Source: Geopsychrobacteraceae bacterium
Lineage (GTDB): Bacteria; Desulfobacterota; Desulfuromonadia; Desulfuromonadales; Geopsychrobacteraceae
NCBI GenBank assembly: GCA_963662315.1
Contig: OY759353.1
Span: 2,240,001 to 2,304,000 of the forward strand
Length of the DNA: 64,000 bases
Direction of reading: 5' to 3'
In this document: positions 49,067 to 58,924 of the stretch, piece after piece
Position numbering within the stretch: position 1 is the stretch's first letter
How the letters are laid out: each line of letters starts with the position of its first letter
The notes under the pieces: model-generated
The model's database searches: none
Seen by the model: only the letters and a program-made list of their open reading frames with translations
Told to the model about the DNA's origin: nothing
Position numbers and translations under genes: made by a program

Positions 49067-50866
49067 ATGCCCTTCGTTCCAGGAATTACCAATATACTCG
49101 ATAGAACCGGTTTCCGTTTGCTGATTCTTGCCGTTCTGGTAGGCGTCGTTGCAGGCTGCGGAGCATTATTTTTCTATTTTGCCACCAACAGCCTGGAGCA
49201 CCTCATGCTCGGTAAGGCTGCTAATTTCCATCCTCCCCTTGAAGGCGCCTCAGAAGATAATTTCAATTATTTCATAGACAGCCTGAGTACACACTATCGC
49301 TGGTTCCTGTTCCTGATTCCTGCCTTGGGGGGACTCTTTTCCGGATGGCTCGTTTATACCTATGCCCCTGAAGCTGAGGGGCACGGAACGGATGGAGCCC
49401 TTGAGGCCTTTCATCGCAGAGGGGGCATCATCCGAAGCCGGGTGCCGGTGATTAAATCCATTGCCTCAATCGTGACCATCGGTACCGGCGGTTCTGCCGG
49501 ACGCGAAGGCCCCATCGCCCAGATCGGCGCCGGATTTGGTTCTTTTGTTGCTACTAAACTAGGGCTTTCGGTCAAGGACCGTAGAATTCTGCTGCTGGCC
49601 GGTATGGCTGCCGGAGTTGGTGCAACCTTTCGCTCTCCTCTTGGTGGAGCACTGTTTGCAGTTGAAGTACTCTATCGTGATCCGGAATTTGAACACGAAG
49701 GACTGATTCCCTGTATTATTTCTTCGATTATCGCCTATTCCCTGTTTGGAGCCGTAACCGGCTGGAAACCGCTGCTGGCGACACCCGATTTCAGCTTTGA
49801 AAGACCCTCCGAGCTACTTCTCTACCTTCTACTTGGAATTGTCTGTGCTCTTTTTGGCGTCTTTTATGTGAAGTTTTTTTACGGAATGCGGTCTCTGTTT
49901 CATAAGATTCCGGTTGCCAATCATTTAAAACCCGCGATCGGAGGCCTGCTTCTGGGCCTCATGGCCCTTTATGTCCCTCAGGTCCTCGGTTCCGGTTACG
50001 GCTGGGTACAGGCTGCCCTGTATGGAAAAATGGCCCTATGGGTTATGCTGCTGATCGCCATTGCGAAAGTGATTGCTACCAGTCTGACCATTTCCTCCGG
50101 AGGTTCAGGAGGGGTTTTTGCACCCAGCCTGGTCATAGGAGCGATGCTCGGGGGGACCTTCGGAGCCACAGCCGATCTGCTTTTTCCGGCCCTGGTTCAA
50201 GATCCACGTGCCTACGTGCTGGTCGGCATGGCTGGTTTTTTTGCCGGGGTAGCCAACGCCCCCATCGCGACACTGATCATGGTCAGCGAATTGACCGGAA
50301 ATTACAGTTTGCTGGCCCCACTAATGCTGGTCTGTGTTGTCGCCATGCTGGTCATGCGTAAAAACACGATTTATGAAAAACAGGTGGCGAATCGCTTTCA
50401 ATCACCTGCCCACATGGGGGATTTCGTTATCGATATTCTTGCCGGAATTAAAGTGGCGGACCTTGCCCCAAAAGGATTTACGCCGATGACCATTCCGGAA
50501 TGGATGCCACTGCCGGAGATACTTAATCGTATCGCCTCCGCCAAAATGGTTTATTATCCGGTTATCAATAGCGATGGCCTGATGACCGGTATCTTCTCGA
50601 TTAACGACATCCGCCGCATTCTCAATGAAGACATCCCCCCGACCCTGGTTATTGCCAATGACATAGCCATCCGCAATGTCATTACGGCCGCTCCCGAAGA
50701 GGATCTGACCTCGGTCATGAAGAAGCTGACGGAACAGAATCTGGAAGAGATTCCGGTTGTTGACAAACGTAATCCCGGTCGCATTCTCTATATGTTATCG
50801 CGTCGCACCCTGCTATCCCACTATGCTGAACGCCTCGAAAAGACCAAAGCCGCCTATAGCGAATAA
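49067..50866 (+). CDS. ClC chloride channel / H+-Cl- antiporter with two CBS domains
   Basis: EAEGHGTD, GSAGREGP (gating Glu), GGVFAP, C-terminal CBS pair. Confidence 0.93.
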   Translation: MPFVPGITNILDRTGFRLLILAVLVGVVAGCGALFFYFATNSLEHLMLGKAANFHPPLEGASEDNFNYFIDSLSTHYRWFLFLIPALGGLFSGWLVYTYAPEAEGHGTDGALEAFHRRGGIIRSRVPVIKSIASIVTIGTGGSAGREGPIAQIGAGFGSFVATKLGLSVKDRRILLLAGMAAGVGATFRSPLGGALFAVEVLYRDPEFEHEGLIPCIISSIIAYSLFGAVTGWKPLLATPDFSFERPSELLLYLLLGIVCALFGVFYVKFFYGMRSLFHKIPVANHLKPAIGGLLLGLMALYVPQVLGSGYGWVQAALYGKMALWVMLLIAIAKVIATSLTISSGGSGGVFAPSLVIGAMLGGTFGATADLLFPALVQDPRAYVLVGMAGFFAGVANAPIATLIMVSELTGNYSLLAPLMLVCVVAMLVMRKNTIYEKQVANRFQSPAHMGDFVIDILAGIKVADLAPKGFTPMTIPEWMPLPEILNRIASAKMVYYPVINSDGLMTGIFSINDIRRILNEDIPPTLVIANDIAIRNVITAAPEEDLTSVMKKLTEQNLEEIPVVDKRNPGRILYMLSRRTLLSHYAERLEKTKAAYSE

Positions 50867-51355
50867 ATGTCCGCTTCCTGTCAATATCTATTGTCGGTTG
50901 ATATCGGGCTACATACTGGCCTGGCCCTTTTTTCCTCCAATCAGGAACTGCTCTGGTACCGTTCCCATCATTTATCAACGCCCGCAAAACTGAAAAAATT
51001 GATAGCCTCCCTGCTACGCCAGACACCTCGTCCCAATTATATTTATCTGGAAGGCGGTGGCCAGCTGGTTGATATCTGGAAAAAAGAAGCTGAAAAGCTC
51101 TCCATTCCCACTCGCCAACTTCATGCCGATCAGTGGCGCAGGACATTATTTTACCGCCGCCAGCACTCCAATCGCAGCCAAGCAAAAAAAGAAGCGGAGA
51201 TTACGGCACGCAAGGTCATTAATGCCTTAGGCGGAAAAAAACCGACCAGCCTCAGGCACGACACCGCAGAAGCCATTCTGATCGGTCTGTTTGCGCTGCT
51301 GGAACTCGGCTGGGTCCATGAATGGCCAGGACAGGAATTATCTCTTCATTCATAA
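50867..51355 (+). CDS. Hypothetical protein with RuvC/RNase H-like motifs
   Basis: LLSVDIGLHTGLALF, YIYLEGGG, QWRR, HDTAEAILIGL. Confidence 0.6.
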   Translation: MSASCQYLLSVDIGLHTGLALFSSNQELLWYRSHHLSTPAKLKKLIASLLRQTPRPNYIYLEGGGQLVDIWKKEAEKLSIPTRQLHADQWRRTLFYRRQHSNRSQAKKEAEITARKVINALGGKKPTSLRHDTAEAILIGLFALLELGWVHEWPGQELSLHS

Positions 51356-51377
51356 TGTCACAGTCAATTGCTCTAGA

Positions 51378-51451
51378 ATATCGAACAGATATCGAACAAA
51401 CATTAACTTTAGCCAATTAGCATTGACAAAGTATTTATTTTTTCATATATT
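51378..51451 (+). promoter_or_regulatory. Sigma70 promoter with upstream 11-bp-period direct repeat
   Basis: ATATCGAACA at 51378 and 51389; TTGACA(51423)-N17-TATATT(51451); TAAGGAGG RBS. Confidence 0.65.
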
Positions 51452-51480
51452 AGACTTGATCTTTTTATAAGGAGGTCACT

Positions 51481-51825
51481 ATGGCCCTGAGTGTTGAATC
51501 CAATTTATCTGCCCTGCAGGCATTTGAAAACAAGCAAAGCGTCAGCGCAAACAACATCGCTAACAGCGCGACAAAAGAATTCAAAAAATCGACAGCCCAA
51601 ATCGAAGCGGGCCCGAATGGTTCAGTAACGTCTCGTGTTCAGCCCGTTTCCACACCTGGAGTTATGATCACAGCTGAAGACGGTTCGATGCAGGAACTGT
51701 CCAATGTTGATCTGGGAGAAGAGATAGTCAGCATGGTCTCCACTAAAAATGGCTACTCAGCCAACATTAAAGCATTACAGACAATGGATGAAATGGAAAC
51801 ATCAGCCCTCGATATTGTCGGTTGA
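51481..51825 (+). CDS. Small flagellar basal-body rod-like protein (N- and C-terminal rod motifs only)
   Basis: VSANNIANSAT..FKKS and SNVDLGEEIVSM..YSANIKALQT.DEM. Confidence 0.8.
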   Translation: MALSVESNLSALQAFENKQSVSANNIANSATKEFKKSTAQIEAGPNGSVTSRVQPVSTPGVMITAEDGSMQELSNVDLGEEIVSMVSTKNGYSANIKALQTMDEMETSALDIVG

Positions 51826-51850
51826 TTAGCTGACAAATTAAATCTGTATC

Positions 51851-51880
51851 AAAGGTCTCTACTACAGATAGAGACCTTTT
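51851..51880 (+). terminator. Intrinsic terminator
   Basis: AAAGGTCTCTA...TAGAGACCTTTT. Confidence 0.75.
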
Positions 51881-52049
51881 CTTTTCTCTCATTATCAGAT
51901 ACACACTCCACGCAATCATTACAAAAATCTAACATTTTTCTTGACCTAACTCCTTTCGTTACCTAAAGTAACAAAACCTTAATTTGTACGCCCTAATACC
52001 CACCATCTGAAATAATTATTAACAACCCACAACCAGAAGAGCTTAAAAC

Positions 52050-53798
52050 ATGAAAAATTTAAAGATCAGGACAAAAATCTGGCTACTGGTATTGACCATC
52101 TCCCTATTTGCCCTTATCAGTATTTTTGCCGGACGCCAAGCCATCAATATCGTCAAGGACGAAGCTCTGACACAGGTTGACCAGGTCATGAACCAGGCCT
52201 ATCAGGAACAACTCAAGTCATTAGTTGACAGCACCGCGCTGGCTATGGGAGCTGCCATCAGCGGTGAAACCGATGAGGCCGTTATCTTGAAAAAGTTACG
52301 CGATCTCAACAATCCGATTCGCTTTCTGGAAAACAGATCTGGGTACTTCTTCATTTACGACAAAAATGGCGTGTGCATGTCATTGCCACCGAAACAGGAA
52401 CTGCAAGGTAAAAGCCTGATTGACATGAAAGATGAAAATGGTTTTTACCTGATCAAAGGACTCCTTGCCAGAGCCAATGAAGGTGGTGGTTTCGTCACCT
52501 ATGTCTGGCCCAAACCCCCTAAAAACGATGTTGTACCCAAGCTCAGCTATGCACGCCTGATTCCCGGAACCAATTTAACAATTGGCACCGGTGTCTATAT
52601 TGATGATATCGGTGCCAAACAGGCATTAATGGCAACAACAATGGATAGCAAAGTACAGCCGGTGCTGCTGTGGAGTGGCATTATCCTGGTTGGTTTATTT
52701 GTGATTCTGGTTATCCCGACGGTCGTTATTCTGACCCGTCAGATGGTCACACCGCTTCAACAGCTCAGAATAATTGCCGAAGAACTGGCACAGGGAAAGC
52801 TGGCAAAACGCTTTATCTGGGATAGCAAAGACGAAATCGGTACTCTGGCGGGTTCGTTAAATACGATGGCCGAACATCTTAACAAATATGCTGATGAGAC
52901 CAGTAAAATCGCGGAAGGAGATCTGACTGTCAAAATAAAACCGGCTTCAGCTGATGATGTGTTAGGAAATGCACTCCTGAAAATGACCAATGAGCTGAAA
53001 GAACTGGTTCAGCAGGTTCAAAGTGCCAGCGACCAGATCACTGCAGGCAGTCAGCAAGTCGCAGACTCAAGCCAGTCCCTTTCCCAAGGGGCGACTCAAT
53101 CAGCGGCAGCCCTTGAAGAAATCAGTGCCTCCATGGGTGAAATCGGCGCCCAGACTCAGCAAAGTGCGGATTACGCCAACCAAGCCAATCAGCTCTCGGG
53201 AGTGGCAAAATCATCCGCAGAAGTTGGCAACAATAAGATGGATGCCATGATTTCAGCCATGAATGACATTAACGATTCAGCACAGAACATCAGCAAAATT
53301 ATCAAAGTTATCGATGAAATTGCCTTCCAGACGAATCTGTTGGCCCTTAATGCTGCCGTTGAAGCAGCCCGTGCAGGTCAACATGGTAAAGGCTTTGCCG
53401 TTGTTGCTGAAGAAGTCCGAAATCTGGCAGCCCGTAGTGCTAAAGCGGCAGAAGAAACAACGCAAATGATCCAGGGATCGGTAGAAAAATCACAGAGCGG
53501 TACTAAAATAGCGCAGGAAACATCCGATGCACTATCTGAAATCGTGTCTAATATATCCAAAGTCAGTGATCTGGTCAGTGAGATTGCCGCAGCAACCAGC
53601 GAACAAGCCCAAGGGATAGGTCAAATCAACCAGGGACTACAGCAAATCGATTCGACGATTCAGCAGAACACCGCATCTGCAGAAGAGAGCGCGGCAACCA
53701 GCGAGGAACTGTCAAGCCAGGCCAGCTACCTGCGTGAAATGCTTTATCGCTTTAAAGTAAATTCTGAACCAGCAAACTCAACAAAATATTTAGCTTAA
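52050..53798 (+). CDS. Methyl-accepting chemotaxis protein with Cache sensor domain
   Basis: [58 protein letters not shown]. Confidence 0.95.
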   Translation: MKNLKIRTKIWLLVLTISLFALISIFAGRQAINIVKDEALTQVDQVMNQAYQEQLKSLVDSTALAMGAAISGETDEAVILKKLRDLNNPIRFLENRSGYFFIYDKNGVCMSLPPKQELQGKSLIDMKDENGFYLIKGLLARANEGGGFVTYVWPKPPKNDVVPKLSYARLIPGTNLTIGTGVYIDDIGAKQALMATTMDSKVQPVLLWSGIILVGLFVILVIPTVVILTRQMVTPLQQLRIIAEELAQGKLAKRFIWDSKDEIGTLAGSLNTMAEHLNKYADETSKIAEGDLTVKIKPASADDVLGNALLKMTNELKELVQQVQSASDQITAGSQQVADSSQSLSQGATQSAAALEEISASMGEIGAQTQQSADYANQANQLSGVAKSSAEVGNNKMDAMISAMNDINDSAQNISKIIKVIDEIAFQTNLLALNAAVEAARAGQHGKGFAVVAEEVRNLAARSAKAAEETTQMIQGSVEKSQSGTKIAQETSDALSEIVSNISKVSDLVSEIAAATSEQAQGIGQINQGLQQIDSTIQQNTASAEESAATSEELSSQASYLREMLYRFKVNSEPANSTKYLA

Positions 53799-53815
53799 CC
53801 TCAGAGCTTTTCAAC

Positions 53816-53848
53816 AAAAAGGCCGTGGCGGTTCTGCCACGGCCTTTT
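53816..53848. terminator. Bidirectional terminator between the MCP gene and proX
   Basis: AAAAAGGCCGTGGCG-GTTC-TGCCACGGCCTTTT. Confidence 0.8.
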
Positions 53849-53871
53849 GCTTTTTTACTAGCACGAAAACA

Positions 53872-54891
53872 TTATTTAGCTGCTGCACGAGCCTCAGCCA
53901 GCCAGCTGTTCCATTTGTCCTGATTCTTAGCGATCCACTCTTGGGCATGGCGCTCAACATCTTTTTGCGATTTTTCACCATTTTGCATTTTAGTGTTTTG
54001 CTCGTTGATATCCGCCAAAGGTAATTTAATAACTTCAAAGAATTTTTTCGCAGCCGGGTTTTTACTCAAAAACTTTTTATTGCCAACGATACGAATATCA
54101 TTAACGACAAAGCCGGCTTTCAACGGATCACTTACAGCTCCGGTAATACCACTGACGGTCATCAGATCTGCATCAGAAGCTTGGGACTCGTTCGGCTTAA
54201 TCTCGGGAACATTGATCCACATGACATCTTTGCCTGGCTGCAACTTAAAAATGGTCCAGTTCGGAGCCCACGTATAAAAGAACACCGGCTTTCCTGCGTT
54301 AAAACGTGATACAGCATCGGCCATACTTGCAGAATAACCTGCTTTGATCTGATTAATATAATCATTGAGGCCGTAGGCATCCATGTGATGAGTTATTACT
54401 TTTTCACACCCCCAACCCGGAGGGCAGGCAGTAAGATCTGCTTTACCATCGCCATTAGCATCGAAAGCTTTCATAACTTCCGGGCGCTTAAAATCATCAA
54501 GGGACTTAATGTTATATTTTTCAACATCTTTTTTGGATACCAAGTACCCTTGCAGACCTCCTGCTTTGACCAAATAACCCACCTTTTCGATGCGATCTGC
54601 TCCACGCTTCGGCATCTGGCCAGTGTGCAGAGGAAACCAACCATTGGTCCAATAGTCGACATCACCGAGGGCGACAGCCTGGTAGAATAATGGGTTCTGC
54701 AGTTCTTTGGGCTGGGCAACTTGGTAGCCAAGTTCTTTGAGTCCTTCACGCACAAGAGCTTCCTGAAAATAGCCGGTGTTCCAGGTTGCCCGGGCAGGTT
54801 GAATCTTCACCCCTTTACCAGGTTGATCTGACGCGGCAATAGCCGGCATTGCCAGGCTGAGCAACAATAAAACCATTAGCAAACGTTTCAT
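53872..54891 (-). CDS. proX: Glycine betaine/proline ABC transporter substrate-binding protein
   Basis: Signal peptide from ATG 54891; LQGYLV.KK, FDANGDGKADLTACPPGWGCE, FYTWAPNW. Confidence 0.92.
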   Translation of the reverse strand: MKRLLMVLLLLSLAMPAIAASDQPGKGVKIQPARATWNTGYFQEALVREGLKELGYQVAQPKELQNPLFYQAVALGDVDYWTNGWFPLHTGQMPKRGADRIEKVGYLVKAGGLQGYLVSKKDVEKYNIKSLDDFKRPEVMKAFDANGDGKADLTACPPGWGCEKVITHHMDAYGLNDYINQIKAGYSASMADAVSRFNAGKPVFFYTWAPNWTIFKLQPGKDVMWINVPEIKPNESQASDADLMTVSGITGAVSDPLKAGFVVNDIRIVGNKKFLSKNPAAKKFFEVIKLPLADINEQNTKMQNGEKSQKDVERHAQEWIAKNQDKWNSWLAEARAAAK

Positions 54892-54922
54892 GTTCTTCTC
54901 CTTGGTTAGATTCTTAAAAAAA

Positions 54923-55762
54923 TTACTTTTTGCCAAACCCTTGAGTAATACGATCCAGCACCATGGCCAGCAACACAATGGATAAACCACCAATCGTTGC
55001 CAGTCCGATCTCTAAAGTATTCAGACCCTGAGTCACCGGATTCCCCAGGCCACCAGCACCAATAAGAGCGGCGATAACCACCATTGATAAAGCCATCATC
55101 AGGGTCTGGTTAAGACCCGCCATTATAGAAGGCAATGCCAGAGGAAACTGGACTTTACGTAAAACCTGACCAGGGGTCGCCCCAAAGGCGAGAGCGGCCT
55201 CAATCAGTTCAGGATGGACCTGGCGGATCCCCAGACTGGTCAAACGGATTATCGGCGGGAGGGAAAAAATAATGGTCGCCAGGATTCCGGACACAGTACC
55301 AATACTGAACAACATGACTACCGGGACCAAATAGACAAAAGCGGGGGTTGTCTGCATTGCATCAAGACACGGCCGCAGATAAACTTGGAAACGGTCACTG
55401 CGCCCTGACAGAATACCCAGAGGGATCCCAACGAGAGCACAGAAAAAAACCGAACTGACCACCATGGCCAAAGTCACCATGGTCTCTTGCCACAATCCTA
55501 AGTAGCCGACCAGTAGAAAGGTCAGCACAGTGAAGACGACCACTCCTTTACTGGCAAATTTCCAGGCCGCCGCCGCAAACATAATAATGACAACGATTGG
55601 AGGCAGGGCCGTGAAAAACCATTCGAGCCCATTCAGGCAGACTTCAATAGGCACCTTCAACAGCTGAAAAAAGTCCCGATAGTTATAAACCAGCCAATCA
55701 ACAGCCTGTTGAACCCAACGATCGAGGGGGATCAGTTGATCATCAAAATTTAATAAACTCAT
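54923..55762 (-). CDS. proW: Glycine betaine/proline ABC transporter permease
   Basis: LDAMQTTPAFVYLVP, PPIIRLTSLGIRQV, ELIEAA, AGLNQTLMMALSMVV. Confidence 0.94.
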   Translation of the reverse strand: MSLLNFDDQLIPLDRWVQQAVDWLVYNYRDFFQLLKVPIEVCLNGLEWFFTALPPIVVIIMFAAAAWKFASKGVVVFTVLTFLLVGYLGLWQETMVTLAMVVSSVFFCALVGIPLGILSGRSDRFQVYLRPCLDAMQTTPAFVYLVPVVMLFSIGTVSGILATIIFSLPPIIRLTSLGIRQVHPELIEAALAFGATPGQVLRKVQFPLALPSIMAGLNQTLMMALSMVVIAALIGAGGLGNPVTQGLNTLEIGLATIGGLSIVLLAMVLDRITQGFGKK

Positions 55763-55778
55763 GATTTATATATACCCT

Positions 55779-57038
55779 TTACTGTTCAATAGCGGAAACG
55801 GCCACTGCGGCAACATCGCTGGCGCCGCTGTCCACCGACTCGTTGCGCTGTAGTGTCCTTAAGAAGAGATTTTTAGAAACGGCGCCAAGGTAGCGGCCGT
55901 TGTCGGAAACAATCGGAAGAGGCCAGGGATGACTGGCAACCTCAGCAAGAATATCCTGCATGGAATCACTGGCATTGGCAGGAATGACATCGCCCAGATA
56001 AGCCGAGGAAAGTTTCTGGGGCTGGTCCGGAGTATCTATCAGATCACGCAGCGAATCGGTCGAAACGACACCGAGAAAATGTCGATCACTATCGACCACA
56101 TAACCAAAATCGCGATCATTCCTGATCAAGCGCTGCAATGCAGCACGCGGGCTGTTCCCTTCAGTAACAACAATTGTGACGTGAGTGTCAGTGGCAATGT
56201 CGCCGGCCGTAAGAATATTGGTGGGATCAACGCCACGGAAGAAGGCACGGACATAGTCATCAGCCGGATTCTGCAATATCTCTTCCGGAGTACCAACCTG
56301 AACGACCCGGCCACCTTCCATGATGGCAATGCGATCGCCAATGCGCATCGCTTCATCGAGGTCATGGGAGATAAAAACGATGGTCCGTTTGGCTTTAGCC
56401 TGCAGCTTGAGCAGTTCATCCTGCATCTCGGTACGAATTAACGGATCAAGGGCAGAAAAGGCCTCATCCATCAGCAGGATGTCGGGATCTACAGCCAGAC
56501 CGCGCGCCAAACCGACGCGTTGTTGCATGCCACCGGACAGTTCATTCGGGTAGCTGTCCGCCCAAGCTTCCAGCCCGACCTGTTCAAGAGCCTTTAGAGC
56601 ACGCTCTTCGCGAGTCCCCTTGTCCACTCCATCCATTTCCAGGCCAAATGCAGCATTCTGCAATACTGTCATATGCGGCATCAGGGCAAACGACTGGAAC
56701 ACCATACTCATTTTTTTGCGCCGCACCTTAACCAGCTGATCATTACTCATGCCGGTCAGGTCCTCATCATCAATAAAAACCTGACCGGACGTTGGCTGGA
56801 TCAACCGGTTAAGCATACGCACCATGGTCGACTTTCCTGAACCTGACAGCCCCATGATGACAAATATTTCGCCTTTATAGATCTGAAAGCTGGCATCCTG
56901 AACGCCAATGGTTGTTTCCGTTTTCTCAAAAATCTCTGCTTTGTCCAGCCCTTGACCAAGCAACTTCATCGCCTGTTTCGGATGTGGCCCGAAAATTTTA
57001 AATAACTTTTTTACTTCTAGCTTAACTTCCTTACCCAT
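55779..57038 (-). CDS. proV: Glycine betaine/proline ABC transporter ATPase with CBS domains
   Basis: [36 protein letters not shown]. Confidence 0.95.
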   Translation of the reverse strand: MGKEVKLEVKKLFKIFGPHPKQAMKLLGQGLDKAEIFEKTETTIGVQDASFQIYKGEIFVIMGLSGSGKSTMVRMLNRLIQPTSGQVFIDDEDLTGMSNDQLVKVRRKKMSMVFQSFALMPHMTVLQNAAFGLEMDGVDKGTREERALKALEQVGLEAWADSYPNELSGGMQQRVGLARGLAVDPDILLMDEAFSALDPLIRTEMQDELLKLQAKAKRTIVFISHDLDEAMRIGDRIAIMEGGRVVQVGTPEEILQNPADDYVRAFFRGVDPTNILTAGDIATDTHVTIVVTEGNSPRAALQRLIRNDRDFGYVVDSDRHFLGVVSTDSLRDLIDTPDQPQKLSSAYLGDVIPANASDSMQDILAEVASHPWPLPIVSDNGRYLGAVSKNLFLRTLQRNESVDSGASDVAAVAVSAIEQ

Positions 57039-57053
57039 AAAAACTCCTCATTA

Positions 57054-57360
57054 TTTCAGCACTTAGATACACGAATAGACAAACAACATAGTGGACGTGT
57101 GCTGAAAACAATGGGGCACAGCTTGAGCAAGGCAAACGGACAGACAAAGGGAGCAGCGACTAGATCAAGCCGTGACCCGCAAACAACACATATTCGTTTG
57201 TAAATAGGACAGAGCAACCCGCAACCTGATAAGCAGGAACTGCAATATCAAGCGCTACTCTGATGGAAAGAGCATCCTCGAAGCATCACACGGGGCGAGC
57301 TTCTCAACGATCCTCTTGCGGGAGGAGACGGGACACCCTGGCGGGGTGGCGTCTCAACTT
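57054..57360 (-). ncRNA. Candidate structured 5' leader RNA of proVWX
   Basis: Several GC-rich helices in a long ORF-less spacer, e.g. GAGACG-C-CACCC-CGCCA-GGGUG-UCC-CGUCUC; family not identified. Confidence 0.4.
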
Positions 57361-57411
57361 ATATAACCAAGTGAATATAACACACTTGACAAAAAGATAA
57401 AAGGGACACGG

Positions 57412-57933
57412 TTATTCCATGCCGCCGCCCTCGATTTCGTCTCTGATCCGCTTAAAGATCTCACGATAAGCACGCCGGTCCTCATGCTCATGAACAGAGC
57501 GCGCTAACCGGGAGATAAGTTTCATATTGATGCGTGGGGTAAACTCCTGGAGCTCCTTACAGGCGTCGGCAAAGGTCGTTTCCTGACACAGGCGATCGCG
57601 TAAATCCTCAACCAGATGAAACTGCTTACGATCCTGACGAGCCACCTGATCCACAGCCTGTAGATGTTCAACAATGGCTTCCAAAACATCTTCGCGCTTG
57701 CGCAGGACTCCGGCCAGATGCTTAATCTGACGACGCTGCGAACTTCTTCCTTCAGTCGTTCTGGCCAACTGCAGCTCCCGGGCAATTGCGTCCGGAAGTT
57801 CTAGCTTGGTGATCTGATTGGCAGCCATCGCAACGAGCTGTTCCGCAACCTGCTCAACTTCTTTAGCCTGTTTTTTACGCCGCGTCTTGCTGACGTAACT
57901 ATCATCCTGGCCGTTCAGTTCTTCCATATCCAT
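57412..57933 (-). CDS. yjgA: Ribosome biogenesis factor YjgA/DarP (DUF615)
   Basis: SKTRRKK, RRQIKHLAGVLR, FHLVEDLRDRL, RAYREIFK. Confidence 0.85.
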   Translation of the reverse strand: MDMEELNGQDDSYVSKTRRKKQAKEVEQVAEQLVAMAANQITKLELPDAIARELQLARTTEGRSSQRRQIKHLAGVLRKREDVLEAIVEHLQAVDQVARQDRKQFHLVEDLRDRLCQETTFADACKELQEFTPRINMKLISRLARSVHEHEDRRAYREIFKRIRDEIEGGGME

Positions 57934-58149
57934 TCATTTCTCCATAGTTTTTATCCGCAGCAAGCTACCCTGTTTTCCATAATACGTCAATCAACCTTAC
58001 AGAGAATAGTCGCCAGCAACCAACAGGGCTAGACAGAAAACCGAAAATAGATAATGTGTGAGATCTTTGGTAAATGAAAAGATTCTGTTATGATGGCCGA
58101 GGTTTTCATCAGGAGCCTGGAGACGGTTGGCTTCTCGCAGAGGATTATT

Positions 58150-58902
58150 ATGAATCAGAAAGAACTTACCAAATTGTTGGAAGCCCTTGCCAGCGGCCAG
58201 GTCAGTATAGCCGAGGGGGTCGAACGCTTAAAAAACCTTCCCTTTGAAGATCTGGGGATTGCCCAGATTGATCATCACCGAGAACTACGTCAGGGCGTTC
58301 CTGAGGTCATTTTTGGTGAGAGCAAAACCGTCGAACAAATTCTCATCATTCTTGAAGCCCTGCAGAAAAAGCAGCGCAATATTCTGATCACCCGTGTCAG
58401 CGAGGAAAAAGCGGCGCTTCTATGCCAACACTATCCGACTGCTGACTATGACCGGTTGGCGCGCACCTTCTGCCTGATACAAAAAACGCCTGAGATAACC
58501 GGCAAAGGCAAAATTCTGATTATCTGTGCCGGAACTTCAGACCTCCCCGTAGCCAGAGAAGCGGCTGTGACGGCGCGCATGCTTGGCAATGAGGTAGAAG
58601 AACTGGTTGATGTGGGAGTTGCCGGCATTCACCGTCTATTTGCACGTCACCAATTGTTACGTCAGGCCGATATACTGATTGTGGTCGCCGGCATGGAAGG
58701 TGCGCTCCCTTCGGTGGTTGGCGGACTGGTTGAAAAACCAGTTATTGCCGTGCCGACATCGGTTGGCTATGGAGCAGCTTTTTCCGGTGTTGCGGCGCTG
58801 CTTGGCATGCTCAACTCCTGTGCCAGCGGACTGACAGTGGTCAATATAGATAATGGCTTCGGCGCAGCCTTCGCGGCCAACCGAATTAATAAATTATCCT
58901 GA
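58150..58902 (+). CDS. larB: Nickel-pincer cofactor biosynthesis protein LarB
   Basis: DHHRELRQGVPEVIF, AGTSDLPVAREA, DVGVAGIHR, VPTSVGYG, MLNSCASG, VNIDNGFGA. Confidence 0.94.
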   Translation: MNQKELTKLLEALASGQVSIAEGVERLKNLPFEDLGIAQIDHHRELRQGVPEVIFGESKTVEQILIILEALQKKQRNILITRVSEEKAALLCQHYPTADYDRLARTFCLIQKTPEITGKGKILIICAGTSDLPVAREAAVTARMLGNEVEELVDVGVAGIHRLFARHQLLRQADILIVVAGMEGALPSVVGGLVEKPVIAVPTSVGYGAAFSGVAALLGMLNSCASGLTVVNIDNGFGAAFAANRINKLS

Positions 58903-58924
58903 TTTCCTTAAAGGCAGAAGCGTC

